Shown here: positions 1 to 11,306 of the stretch, in pieces
Layout: each line of letters begins with the position of its first letter
Position numbering within the stretch: position 1 is the first letter of the stretch
NCBI RefSeq assembly: GCF_000315625.1
Contig: NW_005434653.1
Location: 1 to 64,000 of the forward strand
Origin: Guillardia theta CCMP2712
Taxonomy: Eukaryota > Protista > Cryptophyta
Direction: 5' to 3'
Length of the DNA: 64,000 nucleotides
The notes under the pieces: generated by a model
Told to the model about the DNA's origin: nothing
Database searches by the model: none
The model's input: the letters and a program-made list of their open reading frames with translations, nothing else
Made by a program: the position numbers and the translations under genes

Positions 1-2
1 CC

Positions 3-572
3 TACGATCAGTCCGATCTCTTCAAATTTCTTCTTCAGCTTTTCTTCATGGTTGACATACACCGAGGAGATGCCCAGGAGAGTCATGGAGATGAAGGAAG
101 TCACCTCGTTGCCTGCTGAGGCGGTGTATGTCTCGACCTTCTCCTTCTTGGCTTCCTCAATCTGCTGCATAAACCACTCTCTGGATGCGTCACTCCATCC
201 AGTCATCGCTTCTTGCAGAAGCTCACGTCGTGCCTGCTGACATGTCGAGCGGATGGCTTCTGCGATAGCGTCGGGGGTGCATCCCTCCACAGCCTTGCAA
301 GCCTGGGCTGTCCTGCTGTTCGGATAACGCTTCGCGAAGCTCTTCACCCTCTCGACGAGATCAGCTTCGAGGACAGAGGCATCCACAAGTCCGCTCTGCG
401 TGTATTGGCATGATCTCCGATACAGCAGGTTGCGAACATTTTCATCATACTGAAGAACCATACTTAGAAAGCTATTTGAAGTATACAAACCTCTCGCTTG
501 CAGCTTCCTTGGCGCCCTGGCAGCTTCCCCTACACCACGCGTGCAGCCATGGTGCCTGAAATAACCGGCGCT
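3..572 (-). mobile_element. Telomere-inserted element, copy 1 (5' part; runs off the window edge)
   Basis: Homologous to 3672-3895. The minus-strand frame is open from the telomere junction at ~572 through ATG at 461 (MVLQYDENVRNLLYRRSCQYTQ...DLVERVKSFAKRYPN...FISMTLLGISSVYVNHEEKLKKKFEEIGLIV) to the window edge. It abuts (CCCTAAA)n at 573. Confidence 0.75.
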
Positions 573-657
573 CTAAACCCTAAACCCTAAACCCTAAACC
601 CTAAACCCTAAACCCTAAACCCTAAACCCTAAACCCTAAACCCTAAACCCTAAACCC
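573..657 (+). repeat. Telomeric repeat (CCCTAAA)~12
   Basis: Perfect CCCTAAA (TTTAGGG-type) units. Confidence 0.98.
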
Positions 658-827
658 TATTATTATTATTATTATTATGTGAGTTTATTAGAATGCTAGA
701 ATGTTGCTTGGCCTCGTTGTGGGCTTGTGCAATTGGATCCTAGTCTAAAGAGGCGCTCGAGCACTGGGAGTACACGGGCCTACAATGCGAACCCTGCTTC
801 TGAGGCGTCTTTCTACTCTCTACTTCT
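658..827 (-). mobile_element. 5'-truncated ~150-bp 3' fragment of the telomeric element, with (ATA)7 tail
   Basis: 679-827 is nearly identical to 1724-1871. (TAT)7 lies at 658-678. AATAAA on the minus strand sits just upstream of the tail. Telomeric repeats flank both sides. Confidence 0.85.
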
Positions 828-1722
828 CCCTAAACCCTAAACCCTAAAGCCTAAACCCTAAACCTTAAACCCTAAACCCTAGACCCTACACCCTAGACAC
901 TAAACCCTATAGCCTAGACGCTCATCCCTATACCCTCAACTCTAAACCCTAAACCCTAAACCCTAAACCCTAAACCCTAAACCCTAAACCCTAAACCCTA
1001 AACCCTAAACCCTAAACCCTAAACCCTAAACCCTAAACCCTAAACCCTAAACCCTAAACCCTAAACCCTAAGCCCTAAACCCTAAACCCTAAACCCTAAA
1101 CCCTAAACCCTAAACCCTAAACCCTAAACCCTAAACCCTAAACCCTAAACCCTAAACCCTAAACCCTAAACCCTAAACCCTAAACCCTAAACCCTAAACC
1201 CTAAACCCTAAACCCTAAACCCTAAACCCTAAACCGGGGGGGGGGGGGGCCCTAAACCCTAAACCCTAAACCCTAAACCCTAAACCCTAAACCCTAAACC
1301 CTAAACCCTAAACCCTAAACCCTAAACCCTAAACCCTAAACCCTAAACCCTAAACCCTAAACCCTAAACCCTAAACCCTAAACCCTAAACCCTAAACCCT
1401 AAACCCTAAACCCTAAACCCTAAACCCTAAACCCTAAACCCTAAACCCTAAACCCTAAACCCTAAACCCTAAACCCTAAACCCTAAACCCTAAACCCTAA
1501 ACCCTAAACCCTAAACCCTAAAGCCTGACCCTAAACCCTAAACCCTAAACCCTAAACCCTAAACCCTAAACCCTAAACCCTAAACCCTAAACCCTAAACC
1601 CTAAACCCTAAACCCTAAACCCTAAACCCTAAACCCTAAACCCTAAACCCTAAACCCTAAACCCTAAACCCTAAACCCTAAACCCTAAACCCTAAACCCT
1701 AAACCCTAAACCCTAAACCCTA
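828..1722 (+). repeat. Telomeric array (CCCTAAA)n; degenerate units at ~828-945, G14 interruption at 1236-1249
   Basis: Direct reading of the repeat units. Confidence 0.98.
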
Positions 1723-1971
1723 TGTGAGTTTATTAGAATGCTAGAATGTTGCTCGGCCTCGTTGTGGGCTTATGCAATTTGATCCTAGTCTAAAGAGGCG
1801 CGCAAGCACTGGGAGTACACGGCCTACAATGCGAACCCTGCTTCTGAGGCGTCTTTCTACTGTCTACTTCTGCTGTCTTCTCTTGGCTTCCTCAGCCTCA
1901 GTCAGGAGAGTTGCCTCTCCTCACCTTGGCCTTCGGTCGCCTCCACCTTCTCTACTTACCTTGAGCTCAGC

Positions 1972-3839
1972 TCAAGCTCGGTACGGGCTCGCCCCGTCTT
2001 CTTCCTCGCCCTCGCCTTGCTCTTCCTCAATGTCTTCCTCTTCTTCGCCATCTTCCCTCATCTCCACCCGCAGTCGGTCCTTCTTGTCCACCTTCAGCGA
2101 GCAGGCCAGCACATGCATCTCTGCGAATTTACTCAGTGCTATGAACAGGAAGCTAAGAGATCGACGCTCTATATCGTCGCTCTCCGCCTCCTGCTCAAGC
2201 TCAGCAGCTGCCGTTGCCCGTGGCGAGAACGCGCTGCCCCTCCTTGCCTTCTTGCTCTCTCCTTGCACGCGAGTCCAGCGCTTGCTCTGCAGCCACTTCC
2301 CCAGCTTCTCCTTGAGCGCGTTGCGCCCAACTCCCTGCTCCTCTGGCGTCTTCGCCCACTCTCCCAGCGACATGAACTCCAGGCTCCCCGGAGAGTAGAA
2401 GGTGTCGTGGAGGTTGCCAACGGCCTTGTCCAGGACCAGCTTGATCGGCTCGCTCGTCCCCGCCTCGTTCAAAGAAGTTGCATCTTCGATGACTGCTGAC
2501 AGCTCGCTGACGAGCTGCATGTCCTCTTGGCTTGACGGANNNNNNNNNNNNNNNNNNNNNNNNNNNNNNNNNNNNNNNNNNNNNNNNNNNNNNNNNNNNN
2601 NNNNNNNNNNNNNNNNNNNNNNNNNNNNNNNNNNNNNNNTGCCCCGCTGACCAGCCGCAGCCGCCTCAGGCTCCTTGTCGAAGCCGACTGCTTCGAGCTT
2701 GGTTGCTGCGCCTTCGAGATAGAAGGGCAGCTCCTTCATCATGCGTCGAGCATCCTCCGTGGAGCCGAGGAGGATGCATAGCTTGGACCCGTTCCAGGAC
2801 TTGGTGTTCAAATCCTCCTCCATGTCGATGCCTTCAACTTTGATCTCGAGCCTGTTAGCGATCTCCAACAGGACTCTCTTGACTCTTGCGATGGACGTGT
2901 TGCCGCCGTTGCACAGCCCCTCCATCTCCTTCCTCGTGAAGCGACCAGATGCCGCCGTTGACTTGATGATGATCTTGATCTCCTTGCCGTCCTTGCCGCC
3001 TGCCTTCTTCTGCATCCTTGATGCCTTCTTCAACTTATTTCTGGACACAAAGCGATCAGCTGTCAACTCGACTGCGAGCGCCTCTCTGATCTTCGGGTCC
3101 TCGCTGAACAGAGTCAGGTGTACTCCCTCCATCGCTTCGCTCTCTCGGAAAGCTCGAAATGCTGTATCATTCGCCTCTGGGCAGCTCGAGGAGACGATCC
3201 ACTCCACCTCCCTCTGTCTCCAGATGACGTTGGCCCCTACAGCGACGAAGCCTTTCTGACCTAAGCCTTTGTGGACTTGCTGTCCTGGCGCCCCAGCGAC
3301 CAGCATGCCTGCCAGCGGCTGGAGTTGGACCGCTGCAAGGGACTGGCGCAGCAGCTGATAGCGATAGACGGCAGCTATCTCAGCCGTTGTCATGCCGCCC
3401 AAGGTTAACAGGTGGGTCAGCTCTGCCAAGCTGCCCCCTTTGCCCCAGGGTCCTCTCTTGGCTCGAATCTTGAAAGATCGATCGTGCACGATGCTCACAT
3501 GTACAGCTGTGAACTTGCGACCATCGATCGCGAAGTCCTCTCTTCCCTGCCAGAGCTTCTCCGCTTGTGCATTGCGGAGGAAGGAAACAGTCACCGGGAT
3601 CTCCTCAGCACTCGCTATCTCGGGTCTATACGGAGCCTTCCACATGATTGCTTTACTCTCTTGCACTGAGTCTACGATCAGTCCGATCTCTTCGAATTTC
3701 TTCTTCAACTTCTCTTCGTTCGGATAACGCTTGGTGAAGCTCTTCACCTTCTCGACGAGGTCGGCGGCTCACCCTGCGTGTATTGGCATGATCTCCGATA
3801 CAGCAGGTTGCGAACGCTCTCATCATACTGTAGTACCAT
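1972..3839 (-). CDS. ORF1/gag-like protein of the telomeric element, with RRM-like segments and an acidic C-terminus
   Basis: 591-aa ORF 1972-3747 spans the gap, so the frame across the gap is uncertain. RRM-like patterns: EEKLKKKFEEIGLIVDSV...VTVSF...AEKL...IDGRKFTAV and VEGIDMEED...LCILLGSTEDARRMM. The ATG homologous to copy 1 is at 3839, out of frame by a net 22-nt loss at ~3762-3773. No RT or endonuclease motifs are seen. Confidence 0.6.
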
Positions 3840-3927
3840 ACTTAGAAAGCTGTTTGAACTATACGAACCTCTTGCTCGCAGCTTCCACCGGTCCCCTTGC
3901 GCTCTCCCTACGCGCCGCAGGGCAGCA

Positions 3928-4077
3928 TGCTCTTACTAAGGGCCGGCTGCTCTTACTAAGGGCCGGCTGCTCTTACTAAGGGCCGGCTGCAGTGCTCTTA
4001 CGCTACTAAGGGCCGGCTGCTCTTACTGAGGGCCGGCTGCTCTTACTAAGGGCCGGCTGCTCTTACTAAGGGCCGGC
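3928..4077 (+). repeat. 20-bp tandem repeat (TGCTCTTACTAAGGGCCGGC) x7
   Basis: Seven units, one with a small insertion and one with an A>G change. Confidence 0.95.
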
Positions 4078-4529
4078 TCCTAAACCCCAAACCCTAAGCG
4101 TAGGTTGCGGAGGTGTAGGCGGAGGAGGAGGCGCGGAGCTTGGGAGGAAGAGGTTCTATCAATCTAACAGAGCAGGTACATGCCTTCAGCCGACGGAAAG
4201 CTCGTGAGCGCCTTCCAGTGGTTCGAGAGTGCAGGACGTGAGTCTCTTGGTGAGATGATCGCAGGGTATTGACCGTCGCTGCCGCAGGTTCTCCTCCCCC
4301 TCCTCCTCCAGCAAGACGAACTTGAGAGCACGTGAAATCAGCTACATGACTTGTGTTACATGCAAGGACAATTGACTCCAACCTCTGATATCCTCTCCTC
4401 TCAATCCTCCTCATCTCAGTCCTCCTCATCTCGCTCCTCCTTCCTCCCTTCTCGCTTCTCCTCTCGCTCCTCATCCTCTCGCCCTTCACAGAGGCTCATC
4501 GTCTATCCGCACTGACTGAACTTCTCGGA

Positions 4530-7230
4530 GGAAGTGAACCACCTCCCAGCGCTCTGCGGAGCTCGCGCATGTTCCTTTCATCTCCTCGTCCCCTAGTTTG
4601 TTCGTGCGAGCCGAGTGCTCTGCGTTGTCTAGCGGCGAGTCGCCGTCCTCGTCCTTGAGGAACACGTCTCCGCCCGCCTCTACAAGAAGGCGAACGGGAC
4701 CGAGCCTGCCTCACAGTCAGGTACCGAGGGGAGAGGAACGAAGGAAAGCAGGTCATCACCTCCCCGCAAGAGCTGCGAAGTGAAGGGACGAGGAGCCGAC
4801 GAGATCAACGACGTTGACGCAGCAGCCGAAAGTTCGCAAGAGCATCTCAATGCTCCTCTCTTGCCCTACAAAGGCGGCGAAGTGAAGCGGAGTAGCCCCC
4901 CACCTGCTTCAGCTTCAGCTTTGCCTCCTCAAACGATGCTACCGGTTGGTGGAGGAGGGGTTCGCTCCTGTGATCATCGTCACAACAAGGCAATCGACAT
5001 GAGTTTGGTCACCTGCTTCCACAAGCACTGACATCACTTCCGTGTGCCCGTGAAGAGAAGCGTAGTGAAGAGCAGTCGCCTCCAGCAGCCGAGGGTTCCC
5101 GCCGTTTGGATCGTGACCTTGAGAGCTGCGGCGAATCGTGAGGAACTCTCTCCCTCTCGTCCTCTCCTCCTCCCACATCAACTCTCGAACCCTGGTGACG
5201 TTTCCTGCTCTCGCCGCCCGCCAAAGCCGAGAAATCTCTCGCCGCCGATGCTTTACTCCTTCTGCTGCTGCATTCTCCTCCCTTCCCCCAAGCGCACTTT
5301 CAACTTCCACAGGGACGTTTGCGTATGATGGCGAGGCGAGAGACTTCCAGGGCTTCTGGACCTCACAGAATACAGCACGAGTAGCGTTTTTCTCATCCTC
5401 AATGGCTGGGTCGGAGTCCTGATAATCCTACGGAAATTTCAGGCGAGCACGTAGAGGAGTCAAGGGATGGAAGGAGAGAGAGGAGAGGAGGAGCGTTACC
5501 GCCTCATCCAGTTTGAGTTCCTCTGGTGGCACGCTGAGTCGAGTTGGCAGCCCGGGAAGAAAGACGTCGCAAGTCAAGTCATGACGGATCTTGACCACGC
5601 TTCCGTACTTGCCGTCAGCAGTGATGACGTCATCTCCCACCTTAAATTTGCTTCCCTCTACTGTCTGATTCGCCTCCTCTTTCTCTTTCTCCTGCTGGCA
5701 CAGTTAGGAGCTTTCAGCACTCTACAGCATTGGGAGTTAACATGCTCTGCTGGGTTTTGAGCTTCTTCCTCGTCGCTCTCGCTCATTCCGGCGTCTCGCT
5801 CAAGTCGCTCAAGCGCTTCCGTGTATGTCCGAATCAGATCGCGAGCTTCTGGTAAGCGACTGCCTGCCCGCAAGCGATGAGTCATGAGGGTAGGCAGGAG
5901 GAGGAAGCAAACCGTGCAGCAGCTCCATAGCTCTGCTGTGTGGCTTTGCTGCGAACTGCTCGAGCACCTGAGCAGCTGTGCTGAGCGATGGGTGTCACAG
6001 GAGCACACCAGACCTTGCTCGGGTCCTTGATAGTTGGCGGGTCTGGAGGTGGAGGGGCAGGAGCAGTGAAGTTGACGCAGCTGACCAACTTGTCCACCTT
6101 CATCTCATCGCTAGGGGGTAACGACTCTGACACGGGTTCGAGAATCTGAAAGGACTCTGCTTCCTCTTCCGCTGAGTTGATCGCATCCTTGATGTTGGTC
6201 TCTCCGGCCCCAGGGCTCGTCGGCATATTCTCATCCGTCATTGTCGCCCCCGCCGATGGCTGCGGCTTCACCTCAGGCTCCTTGTCGCTTGACGACTTCA
6301 CACTGCTATCCTCGTCCGTCATCTTTTGCTCGGGCAAACCTGTCTCCTCACTGGAGTCTTGCCACAAGTCTGAGCATCGCCCTTCTCCTACCACCTCTCC
6401 CTCCCTCCATCCGTTCTTCCCGGGGCTGCTGACCCCTCCGTCAGGCTCCGACTGCTCGAACACAATCCTTGTGCCGTTCCACTTGACTGCCTGCGGTCGG
6501 AGTCAGATGCGATTCTTTCTTCTCCTCACTCGCCGTGGGCATCTTCCATTCTTTCAACGTTTCTTCCTCTTTTCCTGCCTCTCCGACCTCGGCTCTCTGC
6601 CTCCAGTCAGATCCGACTGGTCGTCAGCAACGAGCATGCACTCACCGAGCGGAGCGACGACTCGGCCATCTTTAATGCCGCATCTCGAGCAGAGAACCCT
6701 CCCCATCCTCCTCGGAGAGTCAAAGCTGAGTGACCTTGAACTCCAACGGTAATGACAACACTCGCCACGACTAGCGCTGAAAAGGCGGAAGTGACTCAAG
6801 TCAGTTTCAGGATGCAGACGACGATAGTCAATGAGCCCCCATCATCCTCTACAGTCTATCTTATTCCTGCATCGTTCCGGCCCTCAGAATCCTCACTTAG
6901 CTATCTATCCTTCTGCTCTTCCACCGCGACAGCCAGCACTCTCTGTCTATTTCTACCACCTTTGTCGCCTTCCTCTGTCTTCTCGAGCAACCATCGTATC
7001 TCTTCTTCTCCCCTCCCCTTCTCGCCTCTGGCTTACCGCGCATGATCGCTCCTTCTTGTCCCCCCATCGCCTCATGCTCACTTCGGCTTCCCCTCCATCC
7101 CTTCCCGCGAGCCAAGCCTCGGTATCCTGCACTCTGTCCAGCACTTTTCCATGGATGGCGTGGGGCAAGCCTGGGGCAAGCGTGGAGATGCGGATGAGGG
7201 CGATGAACTCAGCGATGAAGTTTCGTAAGC
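4530..7230 (-). CDS. Multi-exon ankyrin-repeat protein with an upstream KOW-like motif and low-complexity N-terminal part (boundaries approximate)
   Basis: Exons encode LWRAARAGNVTRVRELM, TALHYASLHGHTEVMSVLVEAG, ATPLHFAAFVGQERSIEMLL, SSLHFAALAG and VRLLVEAGGDVFLKDEDGDSPLDNA. A KOW-like GDDVITADGKYGSVVKI lies at ~5590-5640. Confidence 0.75.
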
Positions 7231-7260
7231 GGGGATGAGGGACTAGGAGCGAAGGGGCGT

Positions 7261-7851
7261 GTGGGAATGCTCAGGGTGTTGCTGGTGCTGCTGGTGGTGC
7301 GTGGGGGGATGGGGCAGGAAGGCGCGGGGCATGGCGCCATGACGAGCAGTGACAGCATAAGCAGCAGCGACAGCATGAGGAGCAGCGACAGCATGCGGAA
7401 GATCCTCATGCCCTCTGGCTCTCCTGATGACGCGGCTTTTGCTTCTCCATGGCAACAATTTGTCGCAGAGACTTGGGGAATTTACCCCAAGCGGATCAAG
7501 GAGGCCATGGAGCGAGGAGAAGATCCAGAACCGTTCGCAGCCACTCGCACCCAACCTCTTGAAGTCAAGGCTCCGTCGCACGACATCTTCACTTCTCCAC
7601 CAAGCCCAGATCAGTATGGTATTTTTCCCACACAAAGTGTTCCACCTGGGAAAACACACGACTCTGTCGGCCAGAAACAAGAAGAGAAAGGCGATCAAGG
7701 ACCAAATCCCCCTTCTCCAGAACAAAATGGCGCGGGAGGAAATCAGAATGGAATGAGCGATGTCAATGAACATGGTGCAAGTAAGTTTGTGGAGTGGTTT
7801 GATACAACCTTGATTGTTTCTCGTAGAGGACTCATCGGAAGGAGCCGATAA
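7261..7851 (+). CDS. Hypothetical protein, possible signal peptide
   Basis: 196-aa ORF starting MGMLRVLLVLLVV; no recognisable domain. Confidence 0.3.
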   Translation: MGMLRVLLVLLVVRGGMGQEGAGHGAMTSSDSISSSDSMRSSDSMRKILMPSGSPDDAAFASPWQQFVAETWGIYPKRIKEAMERGEDPEPFAATRTQPLEVKAPSHDIFTSPPSPDQYGIFPTQSVPPGKTHDSVGQKQEEKGDQGPNPPSPEQNGAGGNQNGMSDVNEHGASKFVEWFDTTLIVSRRGLIGRSR

Positions 7852-8315
7852 GAAGAATCGAATGCAACCATCAGACGAGAGTAATGACGACATGTGTTTC
7901 TCATTCAATGCTTGACCATGGTTGTTCTAAGGACCAGCGCCACCGCATAGCCCACAGTCACAAGGTAGGTCATCTAGGAGTTCAGTGCCACAGGTTCTCT
8001 TGCCGTATTTATTGACTTTGTGACGTAGATTCATCACAACCATCTCAACCCAGTCCAGACATGACGGGCGTCAAGTATCCCAAGCACATCGCAGGTTCCA
8101 ATGTTTCTTATCTGGGATTGGATCTCAGGGGGTTCCAGGTCTATAGTCGGATCCAACCGTGTCCTCAGTCCCCGTCCTTCCCTCACTTGTTGCTTCCATT
8201 GCTTCCATACCCTTTTTGGCTTCTTTTGTTTATTTTTACTTGCGGGAAGATGTGCCGAAGAATCGCTCTTCTCCCCAACAAGTTTTCAGCACGAAAAAGT
8301 TTCATGTGTAAAGTT

Positions 8316-8717
8316 TTATTTCAGCTTGCGAACTCTCTTCTCATACGCCTCTATGCTGGTTAAGTCACCCTTGGATCCACTCATGGCTTCTTTGAAACGC
8401 GTGAAGATTTCTTTCAGCTCCTCACTCGTCTAACTCTCCTTCGCAATAGCGTTGAGCAAGATGAAAAGTCCACTGTCGAAGCTGCTCGGCCTGTATCGTT
8501 CCGACGGCCTCCGCTGGTGCTGCGCACCGTCACAGAAACTATGCTCGCTTGCTCTTGTGATGCAGACGTGTCTGCAAGACCAGGCAGAGGACGTGAGAAG
8601 CTTCCAGAAGGGAAGCTCCTTCCATGCCGGCACGACTACGACGAACAGCGTTTCCCCTTGCAATGCCTCCAGCAGCCTCTCGATCTTCTTCACCATCGCC
8701 TCGATCAGCTCCGGCAT
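8316..8717 (-). pseudogene. PCIF1/CAPAM-like cap-adjacent adenine methyltransferase, C-terminal fragment
   Basis: PELIEAMVKKIERLLE...LFVVVVPAW...HSFCDGAQHQ...FDSGLFIL matches the region downstream of the NPPF motif in PCIF1. NPPF itself is absent. An in-frame TAG at 8430 is followed by more plausible coding (TSEELKEIFTRFKEAM...). Confidence 0.7.
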
Positions 8718-8838
8718 CGATGCTATCGACGCTGAGAGCCAGTGAGCAGAGGAAGAGGAAAAAGCGACAACACTGGAGACAAGAAGCGCAAGAGCAGCTG
8801 AGGGGAAGGAGAGGGGAAGGAGAGGGGAAGGAGAGTAC

Positions 8839-10757
8839 CTGAGTGAGATACGCCGAGGAGGAGGAAGTCACTACCCGAACCACCTTGACTACAAGCTGAG
8901 GCAATCGCAGGAGCCGAGCCCGACCTCCTCCTCTTCCTGGTGCTGCTGGTGCTGGTGCTCCTCCTCCTCTTCCCTCGGCTGCTGCAGGAGGTTTCTCATG
9001 TGCTACTATGGCTGGAGCCACGAGGACGAGGCTGTCGACGAGCATCGAGTGGGCGAGGAGGAAGTTGGCAGCCACCAGACCCCCGAGCGAGTGTCCGATG
9101 AGAACAACAGGGAGGTTGCGAGCGGCAAAGCCCTGGAGCTGGAGGTGGAGGAGGAGAGGCGAAGGGTCGTAGGTGGCAAGTGCTGGTCCTCTCCGTGTGA
9201 GACCGAAGCCTGGCATGTCGAAAGCGATGACATGCGCCTCAAGGACAAAGTCAGAGGAGAGGAGAGGAGAGGAGAGGAGAGGAGAGGAGAGGAGAGGAGA
9301 GGAGAGGAGAGAAGAGGAGAGGAGAGGAGAGGAGAGGAGAGGAGATGAGACGAGACGAGACGAGACGAGACGAGACGAGACGAGACGAGACGAGACGAGA
9401 CGAGACGAGACGAGACGAGACGAGACGAGACGAGAGGTGAAGTGAGGAGAGGTGAGGAGAGGTGAGGTGAGGTGGGGTGAGGTGAGGTGAGGTGAGGAGA
9501 GGTGGGTTAGAGGAGAGGTGAGGTGAGGAGGGGAAGGAATGAGCTTGTCGATTAAAGGTATGAATGAAGGACAATTATATGCCTCAAAGTCAAGGATGGA
9601 TGTGCGAGAGCAGTCAGGATTCCTTCTCTCCGTTCCGATAGGAGGAGCACAATGCTCCGAAGTCATGCACGCACACGACAGCGACGTCGGGCGCTTCGCC
9701 TTCTGCTGGCAGCGCCTCCAGGTAGTGCACCTCCTCCTACAGCCCCGTCAGCGACATGCCCTCCTGCTCCTGCTCCCGCTCCTCCTACGTCACCTCTCCA
9801 ACGCGGAGGAACTTGCTGTCCGCGTACTCGACCTTTTGCTCGCTGTAGAGTCTGGCATAAGCGTCATGGTCTCTCGTCTCTTCCTCTGGCTTCAAGGTCT
9901 TTCTCTGAGATGTAGAATTTCGATGTCAACCTCCCCTGCACGAACGAGATCACCGCTCGCATGATCCCCATCGCCGCCTTGTATGAGCTCAGCTTCGCCA
10001 GCTTCATGCCCTCGCAGCTTCACCATCCACTCCATCTCCTCGTCCTCCCCCTCCTCGTCCTCACCACAGTTGGAACACCATGCTGCAAACCCACAGACAG
10101 CAGCGAAGCACAAGGAGGCTGTGTTCTCTCTTTGCGTGAGCTTCTTGTAGCCGGGCGAGGCATCAGGATGGAACGGCTTCCTCCCTCCCCTCATCTTCAC
10201 CTCCCGCCGCCCTCCCCTCCCGTCCCTCTCCCACCTCCTCCTCCCCCCCCTCAGCTGCTTCTCCCAGCTGGGATGGAAGCCACAACGACAGCAGCCCTTT
10301 CCTTCTCTCTCCAGCTCCTTCCCAGCTGCTCCCCAGCTGCTTCTCCGACTCCCATGCTGCTCAACCACGGCGCCAGAGGCAGCCATGCTCGCATCCCCAC
10401 CCTTACGCCTCGGTATCGGGGTAGGGGGAAGTGCAGAGAAATAACGAACAAGGGACTATGAAAATATGACTAAGGTGCTGCCCCCACCTTGCTTTCTGCA
10501 GTCACAGGAGAGAGTGATGATGAAGCAAAGGGTAGAGGGAGGGAGGGAGGGAGGGAGGGAGGGAGGGGAGAAGGGGAAGGGGGGAGGATGGAGGGATAGC
10601 GACTAGAGGTAGAGAGGAGGGGAGATGAGACGGCAGCGATAGTCTGGAGAGGAAGGGAACTTGATCTTCGTGACCCCAGGAGAGGAGCTCTGAAGTCACT
10701 TGAGGGAGGAGGAGGAGGAGGAGGAGGAGGTGTGAAGGCTACTAGCGGGCCAGCCAT
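8839..10757 (-). CDS. Alpha/beta-hydrolase fold protein, N-terminal half (multi-exon)
   Basis: EVHYLE...[17 protein letters not shown] (HGFG-like oxyanion region), [12 protein letters not shown] and the [10 protein letters not shown] nucleophile elbow, then LVLVAPA. Confidence 0.8.
9255..9530 (+). repeat. Compound pentanucleotide microsatellite (GAGGA)n(GACGA)n(GGTGA)n, intronic
   Basis: Direct reading. Confidence 0.95.
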
Positions 10758-10828
10758 CTCACTTGACGTGCGCAGGTCGCGAGAGCGTGGGAGGCTCTTC
10801 AATGGTCGAGTAGGGCGGCAGCGGGAGG

Positions 10829-11009
10829 ATGCGACGTGCGGGAGGAGACGAAAAGGTTGACCGGACGCGCTTGCTGCTGCTGACGAGCGTCGTCGTCCTC
10901 GTCACCTTGTCCCTCCTAGTCGACCCTCGTCAAGACGTGCGAGTCGAGCTGGAGAATAAAAACCCACAACTGCTGGCAGCACAGAAGGTAAGACGGATGT
11001 TGCTGCTGC

Positions 11010-11047
<38 letters not shown>

Positions 11048-11229
11048 CTCCTCCTCCTCCTCTTTTTGCTGTATGATTGCATCGGCAGGAGCTTCAAGAT
11101 TCTTCTAAGAGGGTTCAAAGTTCCCTCAAGATCCTCGAAGAAGTTGAAGATGATGTGAGAGATGAAGAAAAATTGACCTCAACTCTTCCCTGCCTGCCTG
11201 CCTGCTTGCCTGACTGCTTGCCTGCCTGA

Positions 11230-11306
<77 letters not shown>

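Larger units (their letters stand above)
1723..4077 (-). mobile_element. Telomere-inserted element, copy 2 (near full-length, damaged; contains N gap 2540-2639)
   Basis: The 3' end is shared with 679-827 and the 5' region with 1-500. It is bounded by CCCTAAA on the left and degenerate CCTAAACCCCAAACCCTAA (4079-4097) on the right. Confidence 0.75.

Noticed and set aside
2540-2639. Poly-X stretches in ORFs (also 52283-52382)
   Set aside because: 100-N assembly gaps of unknown true length, not biological features
658-4077. Penelope-like (Athena/Coprina) telomeric element or hammerhead ribozyme
   Set aside because: Orientation relative to the telomere strand is opposite to end-attached PLEs. 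No RT is seen, and no hammerhead core (CUGANGA...GAAA) was found by eye in the shared 3' segment.
8539-9666. 375-aa ORF as a single protein
   Set aside because: It reads through a microsatellite intron; only part is the hydrolase exon
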